DNA from: Magallana gigas
Taxonomy: Eukaryota
Length of the DNA stretch: 64,000 nucleotides
Reading direction: 5' to 3'
Assembly (NCBI RefSeq): GCF_963853765.1
Contig: NC_088861.1
Coordinates: 44,702,001-44,766,000 of the forward strand
Position 1 is the stretch's first letter. The number at the start of each line of letters is the position of its first letter. Below, in pieces: positions 45,781 through 59,987 of this stretch. The notes under the pieces were generated by a model. The model was given only the letters and a program-made list of their open reading frames with translations, searched no databases and was not told the DNA's origin. Both the position numbers and the translations under genes were made by a program.

Positions 45781-48253
45781 CTACCCTTATAACCAAACAA
45801 CACAAAGCGTGAATAGTCGAGGTAAGTTGTGTTCGTTCTCTTCTGATTTTTAAACATCAGAACTCTTGTTTAAAATAATTAGACTTCTAATAAAGTTTGA
45901 TCAAATTCTACCCAATAATTTTCCTTCTGAAATTTATTTTTAGACCGGTTTGCGATAGTTATGGATAGTTCTGACAAAGTTAATTACGGAGTTAACACCA
46001 GCAAGTTCAGGATCACTTGTACACCTGATGACAGCCTTAGTAAAGTAAGGACACGTACGTTATGTTGTCAACATCATTTACTGATTTATTGAAACATGTC
46101 ATACCAGTTTTACAAGACCTCAATTTGTAGCTGATCCCCCCCAAAAATTGTCCTTTAATTTCGATGAAAAGTAATAAATTGTTTATAACTATAACTGACA
46201 ATAAAAATCATTATAACTTTATTTAACAATATATCCCCTATGTTTTATGAACAAACATCAGAGATTAATCGGAGTTGAATAGCACTACATTCACTTAATA
46301 TTTCCGGTGGTTTACAGAATCTGATGGATCAAAGGAGAAGAACAATTGAGGAGTGGATTCTGAGGCGTACGGAGGCGTGGAGGTTCCAGGAAGACCTCCT
46401 TGTAAGTAATTGTGAATGGTCGTCACATCGAACACTACCAAAAACATCGTACTATAAATATTATAGTCTAATCTTTTACAAAATAGAGGCATATTCTAAT
46501 ATCTATAAAAAGATAATATGATTGCATATCAATATTTCATATACTAAAAATCGCTATATTCAAGAAAAGCAAAATATACATGTATCATTAAAAATGTACA
46601 TAAAATCTGAGACAATCGCGAAAAAAATGAAACAAATTTACTGCAATTTATATTACAGTGAATATTATTTGATTTTATGAATGGGTAACGTGATTAACAA
46701 GATTAATATTTATAAAAACAAAAACATGTACATGACGGATGTTTTTGGTTTGTTTTGATTAAATGGGGGAGGGGGGTTATTTCATTTTATTTTTTTTTTT
46801 CTTTTCCTTTTGCAGTATAATTGTTTTGTCTGTATATAGAGCGTTATTTTTCATTCATTGTAGAGGTCACTGACAAACAAACCAACCAAGGACAGCCGTG
46901 TATTGGAGGACTTACCGTCATAGAGAGCCAGAGAAATGGGAGCTGTGCACGAGGAATTGCTGGTATGTGTCGCTGCATCATTTTATTATAATATATTTCC
47001 TCCATAGTACCTAAATAGAAATAAAATCGGAATTATTATATGTTCGTGTATATTGTTAGGTTGTTGTTACTAGTACTATGCCTTATACATCAAACACATG
47101 CATTGTACATGTATGCGCTTATTAACTACTAAATGTGCGATTTTCATGAAAGTGCTGGACGTAACGACACCTGCTCCGATGTTTTGATACTAGTATTTAG
47201 TCTGAAAATTGCATTCAATTAATCTTCTATTTTTAATATTTTGTATAGATAAATTCCAATGTATTTTTTTTTCTCGCAGAGAAAAGTGGAGACCAAAGAA
47301 AGAAACATGACAGACAGTAGGATGTCTGTACCCCGGAGGGTTTTTCTGTTTAACGTGGACACATTCAAAGACAGTCAACAGGTATATATATTTACCCAGA
47401 ATATTATTATCATACTTCATTCACGGATTTAAAATTGTTTCCGGGGGGGGGGGGGGTCTTATGAATAATTTTGTTTAAGGGGGGGGGGGCATGTAGCTCT
47501 ACGCTTGTATTTCAATTACTAAAAGAACTGTCTTAATTCGTAACAACCTCCCCACTTGGGCAAATACAGGCACGCACACACACACACATACACAGTTTTG
47601 TAGAAAAAAAATAACAGTTCCATTTTGTTTTGGTATTAACAGGTTGAGGGTTTTGAGAATCCAAAAGCACATGTCCCAGACCCTAGAATCAGCGTCTCTA
47701 GATCTACTCCGGAAGTCGATGGCTCCCTACAAGGTCATGTAAAACCTGCCGCCGCCAAGTGTTTATGTATGGTATGCCCATATACATTGTGTATATTAAA
47801 TATCTGTTATTCTTCGCTAATAGACGATGTATTTTATTTATATATTCTAAAAAGTTACTGGAATATCCAAAGATATAATAATATATTTTCAGCTTTTTGT
47901 GTTAATGGGCAGTTCTTTAATCGACTTGTTAAATAGAAATCCATTATATTTCAACATATACACATGCAACATGTCTTTTACTTTTGAATTGCTAGTGTCT
48001 GTTCTAAAGCCTTCCAAATCTTTTTTTAACATGTGTACTGTATAAAGAACTAACGTTTTCTTTGACTAGATAATCTTTATATATAATGTAAAACAAATGC
48101 AGAAATTTAACTATATCACTAGTCATTGGTTTTCCAATTCTTGAGAAAGAAAAGTTCATTTCAACACATAAAATCTAATTTCTTGTTTTGTAGGTCAAAC
48201 GCTCTAAGGGCCAAGGTGTTTTTCGTCGCTTGAAAAAATATTTTGGATTCTGA
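45781..48253 (+). other. Orphan spliced transcription unit (small-protein gene, pseudogene or lncRNA)
   Basis: Strong splice sites define ...45821, 46318-46401, 46864-46962, 47280-47381, 47643-47771 and 48194-48253. One in-frame TAG at 46921-46923. Confidence 0.45.
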
Positions 48254-49469
48254 TGAATTACAGTGTATTCACGTGCACGAAGATGTCCAAAGTCCGCAAT
48301 AATTTTGATAATGAAAATTACAAATCACCAGAGCAATTATGATGAAAATATATTTTATATCCTTTCTGCGGTTCTTTTACCAAAATATAACAAACTGTAT
48401 GATATTTTTGATTCTCTGGTTTCAATAAACAAAGTTTCAGATTTATAATTTATCATGCGTTACACTTAAAAACCAAATGACTTCTACCTTAACAAGTTTC
48501 TATGTACGCAATGATCACCAAACACAGATTATAATCGAGAATAAACCCATTATAACTTGATTTTTAGCATAGCAATGTCTTGTTGCAAATTTTGAATTTA
48601 CCGGATGGGTGTAAATACAAAATTTACAAGATGACAGGAAAATCCCGTCAGGGTTATGAGGCTACCCCTTTCCTAGCTGCAGACATGTAGCTCCACGGGG
48701 AATTCGCGTTGACGGACCGTAGAGCTACAGTTCCATCCATGCAACAAACTGTATACCTATAAGCTATTGCGCACAAAAAGCCAACCCGAATTCCCCATGG
48801 AGCTACAGTCCTGCAATAACTTGGTACCCCTTACAAGTCTCCAAAACTGCCTAGATTACATAGCGAACAGAAATAATCGCCGGGATAAGAAATGTAAAAA
48901 CACAAAAGAAAACAATGTTTTCCTAACCTCATTTTAAAATAAATATTGTACAAGTAGTGAAGGTAATTGATGTAAACACACATTATCAGAAAAAACTCTT
49001 AAGCTTATACACACAAACATCCGATTGAAACCCCAGAGCACTTCTTGGCTACTCAGAAGTCCCATCCTCTTATAGGATTTATTGAGTGACCAGGTCAGGG
49101 ACACGGTTTTCCCAAAACTATGTACAAATATGTCATTAAAATCATTGACTGAACTTTAAAGAAAGTATGCATAATTTATATTTTTATATTACTTATTTGA
49201 AAAGTATGTACCTATTAGCCCACGTATAGCTACTTAAGAGGGTATATGGTCAAAATTTAGGTTAAAAAAGAAGTTAAATGAAATAGTGTGGTATAGCATA
49301 TTATCGGATGACAATTAGGACGAAAGTACATAATCAGAATAAAGTCGCCGTTCTAATGTTTAAGAATTGAACACTATATTTGACAATAAAGTACAATATT
49401 TACATTTGCAAATATGTTTCCTTATATAAACCTATAGAAAAGCGAAAACGTGCAATTCTGTATTAACCG

Positions 49470-49870
49470 TTTCGTGACGTCACAATGATCATAGAACGCG
49501 CTTATCGCTTGTCGCTTGGATTATTGTAAACATAAAATCTCTGTTATATTATCAGTTCTGAATGATTTGTCTTTTTCAAACGTAAATATAAATAATTAAA
49601 AAGCAATGTTAAAAAGCTGACCGGGATATGAAGTTGGTTTATACGTGATCAAATCTACTGAGAAGCCCGTGGGGTTTCACAGGATTTGATCACGTGACCA
49701 ACCAACTTCATATTCCAGTGAACTGAACTTCTTCGTGACATCACAATGATCATAGCACGCGCTCATCGCTTGTTCCTGAACGATTTGTCTTGGTTGGTTG
49801 GTACGTGATCAAATCTACAGAGAAGCCCTGCGGGCTTCACAGGATTTGATCACATGACCAACCAACTTTA
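49470..49870. repeat. Tandem dimer of a hairpin-bearing repeat, next to an assembly gap
   Basis: CGTGAC(G/A)TCACAATGATCATAG... followed by GTGATCAAATC...GAAGCCC/GGG(T/C)TTC...GATTTGATCAC occurs twice. Confidence 0.75.
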
Positions 49871-49907
49871 TATGCCGGTAAACGTTTTAAATTGCTGTTT
49901 ATTTCTT

Positions 49908-50048
49908 NNNNNNNNNNNNNNNNNNNNNNNNNNNNNNNNNNNNNNNNNNNNNNNNNNNNNNNNNNNNNNNNNNNNNNNNNNNNNNNNNNNNNNNNNNNNN
50001 NNNNNNNNNNNNNNNNNNNNNNNNNNNNNNNNNNNNNNNNNNNNNNNN
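49908..50048. other. Assembly gap
   Basis: Run of N. Confidence 1.
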
Positions 50049-50176
50049 GAGCTGTCCAGTACCTCCTTAAACTGACACGTCGAGTTGAGTGACTTATAAC
50101 AAGAATCTGAAAAGATCCACTCTTGCTTAGTGTCCTAGTTATTGTAACATCCGAGTCTCTCCGTACCTGTCTCTCG

Positions 50177-50180
<4 letters not shown>

Positions 50181-50265
<85 letters not shown>
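50181..50265. repeat. (CT)n microsatellite
   Basis: Read directly from the sequence. Confidence 0.97.
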
Positions 50266-50271
<6 letters not shown>

Positions 50272-53200
50272 CTCTGTTATAAAAATGTATTAAAAAAAAT
50301 CTTAATTGAATTTTAATAGTTTTGACAAATTTCAAAATTGCAAATAAGACGGCCACTCTGGATAGGATTTAACTACTTTAGGCGATTAAATGTTGATTTA
50401 AATTAAATGTACATGTAAAAGGAATAATCTCTTGGGATCTTCTCAGGAACCATAATGTTACAGTTTATACTAGTATCTGTTTGCAGATATCGTGAGATGA
50501 GATATACATAGAACTGTTAACGGGGATTTAAAAAAAATCTTTTTTGAATACAATACATCAATTTTATGTAATCATTTTCAAATTTGAAACATTATTGCCG
50601 GAGTCAATCTGAGATTTGTTGTAAAGTCCAGAAATTCACAACTTAGCTTGTACATACTTTTTTTTAAATGTTCAATTTAAATTTTTAAAACCATAATCCC
50701 CGGATTGATAGAGATGCCCCAAAATGATCTTAACTTATGCAGAAAATAAAAAAAAATCTTCTAACGCGATGCTGCAATTTATGATTTCACTGTGCATAAT
50801 TTCTGATAAACTGTCGTTCAAATTTGTTGTATTAGTGACGATAATACATTAACGATGCTGACCCTAAAAGGATGCAAAGTAAATAGGGACAATTTTGTAG
50901 AAAATCGTAGAAAATCTACATTGCTACAATCTAATGAAATATCTTGATGCAATGTAAATTTAAATTGAACACACAAATAACATTTTTTTTTTAGCTTGAA
51001 AAGTATTTATTTTTTTTACTTTGCAGTTATTATAGTGGATAAATGGCAGTGAATGACAGTAAATGAAAATTTTTTTAGCTTGTAAAGCTGTTAAATATAC
51101 AAATCTATTGGAATCTGGAAAAAAAACCGTTTAGAGCAACTCAAAACCGAGGTGGGTTACTTGGTACAGATTCTGTGAGGTCGGAAGTCGTTGGTACAGT
51201 CCCTGAAATATTCTTCTTTCCCATTTTTGCGTTCGTTCACCGTTCGCTTACATAGTTCATGTTGGAAGGTAGAACATTTCAGGGACCGTAGTACTGTACT
51301 AACAACTTGACGTTCGCTCTCAAACTAACAAAATATCTGAACATAGCCAGTTTGATGGGTTTGTTAATTTAATTTTTTAACAACCCCCCACCCCGACTGT
51401 TTCAATTTTTATTTGTTTGTTTTTTGTTTATTTTTCTATTTAAAAAGTACAAAATCAAAAACTTAATATATAGATAGATTAAAAGAAAATGAGAGAAAGG
51501 GAGACTCGTTTTAATGTATGATAAATATTTCGTTATTATGACATCTTTACTTCAATAGATGTTCCACAGGATAAAAAATCGGATTTCACAAAGTCTGTTC
51601 TGGAGATAAAAGATGTGTTTGTTATTGGTTACTGTTCTACCTGGCTTGTACGAGACGATTTAAGTCTAGTTGAACTTTTAGGATGCTTACATAATGCCTC
51701 TTTTTTCATCTCCAGAGTAGTTACCAATATCATATACCTGTTTTAGAAAGTCATGTAAACAACAGAAAACACCCATATTGTATATTGTCAAGTACCCAGA
51801 TAAACATAAAACGCCCCCGAGGACTAGATTCGTTGTTAGTGAACTGATGATAGGCAGAGCAATCTTCTATACTTTTTTTAAAAGTACATAGTATTATCTA
51901 ATCTTATAGTGCCGTCTGCTAGACCGATTAAACATAAAATGGATGGCGTTATTCCGATAATTAGAAATGAAAAGATAACCAATATTAACCTCAGAAACCA
52001 TTTATGAATCATCTGAAATAAACATGGACCAGCTAAGTTTTTTACTAGGTTGAAATTGAAATTACGTTTGATAAAAAACATTGCAACCCAGTTGATAGCT
52101 AATAAGTAATAGTAAACGATGAATGCTACTAATTTTCATAACAGATATCCAACTATTTGGATGAGGTCACCGTTTCATATTTGATCAATAATTCTTTAAA
52201 AAAACACCATCAAATCAAATACTACGGTTTCTATTTTATTTCCTTGTATGGCTTTACAATCCAACGTTTCATTCCAAATTTGATTTTTTTACTGTTAGAT
52301 TTAGACTCCGCCCACAATATACAAATCAACCAGTCATATACTGAATGACTTAACTCCACTTGATGAGTTTCTTATACTAGTGTCAATCTGATGTTTCTAT
52401 ATACAAGAATTACGCCTCACTGAAGATAGCTAGGGAACCACCTTACTGAAGGATTTTTAGGGGGTCACCCAAAAACTACCTAGAATCAATACGTTGCATT
52501 GTCTAGACCAAGGTAAGAGAGGTTCCTTTCTGTTGCATGGACAATTTTTATATAAAAAAAATGTCCTAAAATTTAGGCAATAGGCCTAGATAATTCACAA
52601 AGAATATCATCAAAATAATGTCAATTAGCAATCACACCAGAAATCTATTTGGCCAAGTAAAATCAGTTTACTAAACAATGCCTGGTGTCCATCGCGGTCT
52701 ATTTAGAATTTACAATACTGTATAGTAGCAGCAATATAGCAGCATAAGTATTATTTTTAGAAATATTAGTAGAAGAAGTAGTAGAAACAGTTAACACAGT
52801 GATTTAATTATGGTGACACTTATATTAAGGCGGCTGGCACCTGAAATACTATTATGTCAATCATTTGAAAACCACTTAAATATATAAAGATGGGGACCTA
52901 AAATGTTTATTTTTTGTATTTGTGACCCATGGGTTATGCTATTTTGTTTGGAAATATGGGGCCCTAAACAGAAATGATAATTTCCCAGAATTTTTGCTAA
53001 ATTGTGGCATGGAAATTGATAATTTTAAGTAATCAAACAAATATCTATACTTTGAACTATCTTTTAATTATAATTTCAATACAGTATGAAGTTGAACACA
53101 TGTATGACTATAAAAGTAATATCTTAATCAAAGTTTAAACTCACTTGTTTTAATGGTGGCTTCAAATGCCAGGACATAATGAACACAGGAGCAGATGTTA

Positions 53201-54717
53201 AGATTGTTACCAAATTTTGGAGTGATCAAATTATAATGCAAATAAAAAGATATTAGCACTGCCATCTTTCTAAAACTCTATGCTGATTTACAAACATTTT
53301 ATGTCTCATGTAAAAGTAAAAAGTAGGGGTTACATCTTTAAAAAAATTGAGGCATGAAATAAGCTAATTTTGGGCTAAAATTAAAGCTAATGTTTTCTTG
53401 TCGTCTATGAAATAAAAGCTAAATATGCCCCCCCCCCAAAAAAAAAAAAATATCGATAGAAATATCAAAATATTATTCAAATATATTTTTTACAGAATAA
53501 CATAAATATATTGGAGTATACAAACCATCTAGAAATTTAGTCTGCGCTGAACATTAGGACGCTTAAGTAACAGTACTTTAAAACTATTGAGTTATAAAAT
53601 TTGTTCATTTTCTTCTTGAAAACCTTCCGCCACAAAATTTAGTGCCTTGCTTAACCCTGTAAATATGTAACTTTTTAAAAAACAATTTTATTCAATATGT
53701 TCTTTTGGCATAGGTAAATATGAACATACAAAGATAAATGATATATGATGCAGAAATTTTAGACTAGATGTGACATAAAATAGGTACCGAAAAAAGGAAC
53801 AAACCTCTTTAAACTGAACATTTGCTATCAACATTGGATACGAAAAGTATGCATTGCGTTCTTACCATTGGATCTATAGCCACCGTGTGAAATGTTCCCC
53901 TTGGCAATGACGCATTACCCCCTGTTTCTGGTGTTGAGGGACTTTATTTAACCAAAGGTCATTCTTAAAAAATATATATATTTGTTTAGAATTGCTGCTT
54001 AGAGGTTTTTATACCCAGAGGGGAGGGAGATAGAGGATTTTTTTTTAGAAATAAGTTTATCTTATTAAAAATGTCCAAAAAAAATCCATCTCAAAAAGTT
54101 TTTAAATATATTGTTGATGAAATCTTATCAGCGGGGGAAAATTTCAATAAGGTGGGAGGCAATTTTAAACAAACAATAACTTTATTTTGACCTTATTACT
54201 TTTGATTGGCGACTTAGACACCCTAAATAAAAATACAAATTACATACATGTATATCTAAGAAAAATTTTCATCAAAGTAACTCTACAACAGTTGTTTTTT
54301 TCTATTATTTGCTTTTGTTAAAATTATGTTTTGTTAGTTATGTGATTGTGGTTTTCAGTCAGTTTAAGTTATTGAACAGCTGGAGAACGACGGTCGAGGC
54401 GCTCGTACCGCAGACTCCCAAGCTCGCGGATACCGACTTAATATGCATTTTTCTTCGTTCACAATATGGGACTATAAACCACTTAAATCGTTTAAACTTA
54501 AATCGTTGAATTATAATTTTAACATAGCTAGGCACTTCAGATGCGAGGAAATAAAGACTTATAACCGTACTGTTGATACACAAGAGTTATGAAACAGAAA
54601 AATCCGAGTTTTGATTTATTATGGAATCATTTAAATACGTGGGGGCCAATTTTCGTGGATTGTGGTTTTTTTTGTGGAAAAAATCGTTACTTTGATTTGT
54701 TTTAACTTTGTTTTCAG

Positions 54718-56001
54718 ATGAAGTTGATAATATACATAGTTCCTGTAATACTTGTTGCAAGGAGCGTGCTTGCAAGCACTGGGAACCACTTGGTGAACTC
54801 CGGAATAAGTGCTGGCGTAGAGCTGGCACAGGCCATTGCTGATAAGAATTTTGAAAACACAATGGGAAAGCTTTTGACAAAAGTTAGTCCATACCTTGGA
54901 ATGGTGGGACCAATTGTTGGTTTGTTAAGTGGTCTAACTGGTCTTGGGGCAGAGACCGCAGAACTACGATACATGCGCAGAATGTTATCCACCATCGAAA
55001 ACAGATTTGATAGAATAGACGTCAGACTTGATGAAATTGCCCGTCAGATTGACTGGTCCAGAACTAGAACGCAATTATATCCTTACGAACGGAGAATATT
55101 ATCCTTGAAAATTGAACTGCAGAGATTTTTCAATTCAAAAACCAATGTAGAGTTTTCTTTTTATAACGAATCATTTGTAAGAGCTTATGAAAATGGCATT
55201 CAACATAGTACTCGAATGCTGTATAATCATATCGTTTCGTCCAATTTTGTATTTTCTGATAATATTTTAGAAGCAGCAATTGAAGGAACAAACAATGATA
55301 GACGTGCCGTTCAGGAATTTATGCTAGGACTAACCAGACTAATTCTTCTTGGAAGTCAAATTGAGATGGCGTACTATAAACTTAAATTACCAGACTCTCT
55401 AAGGAGCCTCAAACAAGAATGGGTAAATAAAATTCAAAATATGAGACGAGCCATGAAAAGAGCTGACGCTGAAATCGTCAGTAAATTCAGAACCGTTTCA
55501 GCAAACGATGCCAAGAATATCATACGTAATAATAAAGGATCAGCCAATTGGGTTGTTGCAGATTTGATACATGACCATCTCAGTGACAAGTTTTATTGGC
55601 GCACCTGGCTCGTGGTAGTCTATGATGATGTTAGAGGAAATGATGACCACCAAATATCCTACTGTGGCGGGTATCATGATTTCCGATTCAATGGTTACAA
55701 TTTCATGATAGTCAGCAAAAGCAAAACATCAGATGGAATATCGTTTTACTTAGCCGATATTATACTAGGGACCCCAGATGTTTGCACATATACCCAGTAT
55801 GGAGGTTTTTGGGGAGGAGGACGAGTGCGATCTTGTAACGGAGCTAAAACAGTTTTGAGCAGCATAGATCACAATGTGGACTGTGTAAACTTCTCCGCTC
55901 TCGCTGTCATTAAGCAGTCGGCAAATCCTGCTGTAGAGGCTGACTATGATCATTACCGTAGCACTGATGAATATCCATTCAAGCTGATTATTTTTGGCTG
56001 A
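54718..56001 (+). CDS. Secreted rapunzel-like / SE-cephalotoxin N-terminal-like protein, 427 aa, single coding exon
   Basis: Intact ORF with a splice acceptor (ttttcag) directly before the ATG. Signal peptide MKLIIYIVPVILVARSVLA, Gly-rich hydrophobic segment (SPYLGMVGPIVGLLSGLTGLG), heptad segment, and recalled family motifs RLILLGSQIEMAY and HLSDKFYWRTWLVVVY. Confidence 0.75.
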   Translation: MKLIIYIVPVILVARSVLASTGNHLVNSGISAGVELAQAIADKNFENTMGKLLTKVSPYLGMVGPIVGLLSGLTGLGAETAELRYMRRMLSTIENRFDRIDVRLDEIARQIDWSRTRTQLYPYERRILSLKIELQRFFNSKTNVEFSFYNESFVRAYENGIQHSTRMLYNHIVSSNFVFSDNILEAAIEGTNNDRRAVQEFMLGLTRLILLGSQIEMAYYKLKLPDSLRSLKQEWVNKIQNMRRAMKRADAEIVSKFRTVSANDAKNIIRNNKGSANWVVADLIHDHLSDKFYWRTWLVVVYDDVRGNDDHQISYCGGYHDFRFNGYNFMIVSKSKTSDGISFYLADIILGTPDVCTYTQYGGFWGGGRVRSCNGAKTVLSSIDHNVDCVNFSALAVIKQSANPAVEADYDHYRSTDEYPFKLIIFG

Positions 56002-59000
56002 AAAATGATTCACTACCTGTTAAATTAAACTAGTTAAGTCTTTTTATTAAAAATGCCATTAAAATTACGAAAACAAAATATTAAAGTCTTTTCGTCAAAT
56101 TTTTTTTTTCTACGTTGAAGTATACCAATTTTTAGACAGTGTCTTTAGCAGTTCAGTAATTTTGATAATAAGAAATTCCATTTTTGGTATTAAAAATCAT
56201 GTAAGGCTTTTCAGTGGTAGAAAACGGACTTGTTTTTGTTGAAGGAACAGGGGATACTCTTAATATTTTAATTACGCATGATATGTAGAAAAGGATAAGC
56301 TGAACAATTAAATGGCTCAAAGATTAAAAATTCATTTTCATTTTTTATTGTTGAATGCATCCGAAAAATGTTCTTTTCAGAAGTTTTTAAATTTTGATTT
56401 CGTAACTCTCATCTAAATCTAGTTAACAAAAGTATGAGAGTGATTTTGCAGACAAATTATCACAGTTACAATCATTAAATTTAGGTTTAAGCATAAATTC
56501 GATTTTTTCATTTATCTTATTTATGAAGTTTAAAGACGGTTCAAATAAGACTAAATTCAATTGAATAATGTAAATTCAAACTTAAATTACTGTTTTTCTT
56601 ATTTTGTGAATATAAATTTCAATTATTTGAAAGTGAAAATAAAATCTTTTATCCATTTGGGGGACATAATTATTCGATGTGTTCAATGGGACTGCCTTAT
56701 CAATCCCTGTGCCAATCATCTAAAATTATGTCTGCATATTTGTTTATGTTCCTAGTTCAAGATGGCTGGCTGGTAATGACTTTGTTTTGGTCTATATTCA
56801 TCTCACTGAGAAAAATATCTATATAAAGGTATAGAATTTTTATTGAAAATTTAAAGCTTAAAGTAAAACATGTGGACTTTATTTTATCTAATAATACTTC
56901 ATTGCTAGAAAAGAATAATATCTGTAATAATAAGAGAGATCTACTGGGCAATTGATACACCGCCCAGCCACCTTCAACAAATCTTAAGTCGTTTTTTGAA
57001 CAGTATGAACAGTTTGTGAACTGTATGAATGTATGTATGCCTGAATTTTGTATCTACTGCTAGTGTTACAGTGAAAACATGAATAAATAAATCTAACAAT
57101 TCTTGGCATTTTGTCGTGGCTCAAAGTGATGTATAAAAAACCCCGTAATTTTCCTAGACAAATGACGAGTGCAATTATGGGCACCGGTAAAAAGTGAAAA
57201 AATGAAGTTTCAAATTAAGCATATTTTTTCCCTAACATTATCTATTGATATCTATTCCATTAGAACTTCCAAGATTTAACAAGTTTTGGCGCTGAATTTA
57301 TTGTGTATAAAAAGCACGAAACTTTACAACATAGTAGGGTCAGCCGACATTCGTGATTTTGTATAGTAAATTGAGGACGAGCATTCATTTCAAAGCCTTT
57401 GTTTACTGTCAGCCTAACCGAATATAAACTTGTTGAAAAGACAAAATACGCATTATACATTTAGAAAATTCTTGTAAAAATAAGAAGTTTGTACTACATT
57501 AGGCTGGTACCCAAAAAATGAAAAACGTATGAAAATTTCAAGATTTTTCCTATAGCAAGCAAAAGCTATTACATGCATGACCCATGTTTGAACCCACGCA
57601 TGGTATAAATTATTTCAAACAATCACGTGGGTTCTATCCAGGTAAACGTTTGTCAAATGTGCTCCCTGTAAAACATTGACACGTTTTAAATTGCTTTCCA
57701 TCATCTTTGTATGGTCAGGAATTTATGTTTGGTCACAATGGTAATATGCAACTTCAAAACTTTATTCGATTTTTTTTCAGACGTAAAATAATGCATTAAG
57801 TATAATTCAGCAAACGCGCCAATCGATCCACCTACAGAACAATGTTGATTTAAATTTCTCCTCCCTTTGATTTAAGTAGACACAATTCAAGTAGATTCGG
57901 TTCGATTTTTTCGGATTTAGATTATTTTCAGGCATTTAAAAATCCTCATTTTTTAAAACTGTATGCTGATTTTGGTAAATGTAAGCGTGCATATAAATCA
58001 GAAGTATCCATCAGTACCTAACTATTACGAGAAAAAAGCAATTTGTTGATATTTTCTACATAAAAACGGCACTGAAAAAAGGCCTATTCTCTATAGCTTA
58101 AGTGCACTTGTTCTTATTACCTAATAGTATTATAATTATGTATGTAGTGATAAGAAATGAAGTATTTTGAATTTATGAATGCAGTTTTTTACGGACATTT
58201 AGTGGTATTTTTTGCATTTACAAACACCTAAAATTAAGAATAAATAAAATAAAATAAAAAACTGTGACATAACCAGTTTGTCACGTTGAGGACCTACACC
58301 GAAGAGTAGCCCTCTCCTTAAATTAATCAAATGCTTTATGCTTTCATTGTTGTACAGTTTGACCTCATTTGACCTTTTTTCGAACTTGACCTTACACATT
58401 TTAAATAAGTGCAGTATATATCCAGATCATGTAGCGAACACAATAATTTGTAAAACTTAAAATATCTGGAATTTGTTGGAGGATACGTAACAAAATTTGG
58501 ATGGTATAAATATCAATTTTTTTTTAAAGATATTATAGTTACTCTGCGTTAAAGTGAGATTAAAATCGTTCGACTTGACAAAATCAAGATTCTCCTCAAT
58601 ATGCTTACCACTAAAATTTCTAAAAATATCAGCGTTAAAGAAATGCAGTCATTAGCAGCGTCTTAAGCTTTCATCACCAAAACCATCACGGCAGGTAAAG
58701 CATTTTGCCGGAAAATGTAAAGTGGTATACCTTAGGCAGTTAAGGTATATCACTACATCAGAGTAACAAAATCATATGACGGAGGTTACCTTTTTAACAA
58801 ACTTGATGTTATATCATGTCAAACATCCCTACGCCAAGTCAGTTATCAGATGATATGTCTACTTATATCTAAACTTCTGTAAAATTCTAAGAAAATTATC
58901 GGCTAACAATAGTCACATTTAGACCATGTAATCACTATATTCCATACATCGTCAGTACATAAGCATTGAATCACTATATTTTATTCAAATATGCAATATG

Positions 59001-59987
59001 AAATAGATCATTGCTTAAGGAGTCTAAAATCCACCTTTGTTGTTAATGTATTTTACCTCTCAGGTGTGATATTTACCCTTAAAAATAAATTCCTACAGGA
59101 AAATACTTTTTCTATAGGATATTTGAAATTTCCTATCGGAATAAAATACCTTCGTATATGAATTCAAATTTCGATGGGATTTGAACAAAAATCTCATAAG
59201 ATTTTAAAATCCGTTAGGAAATCTTACAATAATGTAATTTCGTTTAGGAAAACAAGATTCCTGCAGGAAATATTTTTCTCCTATAGGAAATATAATTACT
59301 ACAGGTTTAAAAAAAATCTATAGAATTTTTAAAATTTCCTGTAGAAAGGTAAATTCTCCTAAAGGAATTGTCATTTTCCTTTGGGGTTTTATTATTTAAA
59401 GGTAAATATCTCACCTGCCAGGTGAGACACATTAAAACAAAAGTAATTATATACTCTCTAGACAATGGTCTTATCATTTGGTATTTATAGGTTTTTACGA
59501 AACTGCATCTTAAGCAGATGCAAAATTGCCACCTCGGCACTGGCATAATTATCCAGCACAGTGTTCGTCCTTTAAACTTCTCTAACTAGTATATATTCAG
59601 AAAAAAGCAAAATACTTATTGTTGTAAACCTTCTATGTACACGATGATGTTTTTTAAAAACTTGTTTGGCACAAATAAAAATAGATGCGTGCAAGGATTT
59701 CAACAATCATTAAACATCCAAGAATTACATCCCTTTGACCATAATACTGGTATATTAATAAATTGTGAACATTCAAAATGGGGTAAGCCCCCCCCCCCCC
59801 CCCCCCCCCGGTTCCGACGCCTATGTCTTATAATCATGTTACAGATAGAATGGTATTATACAAGAAATCTGAATTTAAATACAAGTATGTTCTTGTCATA
59901 TCAAAATGTTGCAAGGATCTCTATACTTTAAATTATCTGCTAATCACTACATTTACAATGAGATAAGGTTTATACAGAAGCCTGTTA

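Noticed and set aside
46921-46923. Selenocysteine recoding of the in-frame stop
   Set aside because: The codon is TAG, not TGA, and I saw no SECIS.
49854-50092. ORFs spanning N runs (also 61476-61853)
   Set aside because: Artefacts of assembly gaps.
51878-52081. Hydrophobic 67-aa minus-strand ORF (possible transmembrane exon)
   Set aside because: Weak splice signals, no partner exons and no recognisable motif.
42887-54717. MTMR2 downstream of CEP57, as in human
   Set aside because: No myotubularin-like exons recognised, so the conserved block appears limited to FAM76-CEP57 in this window.
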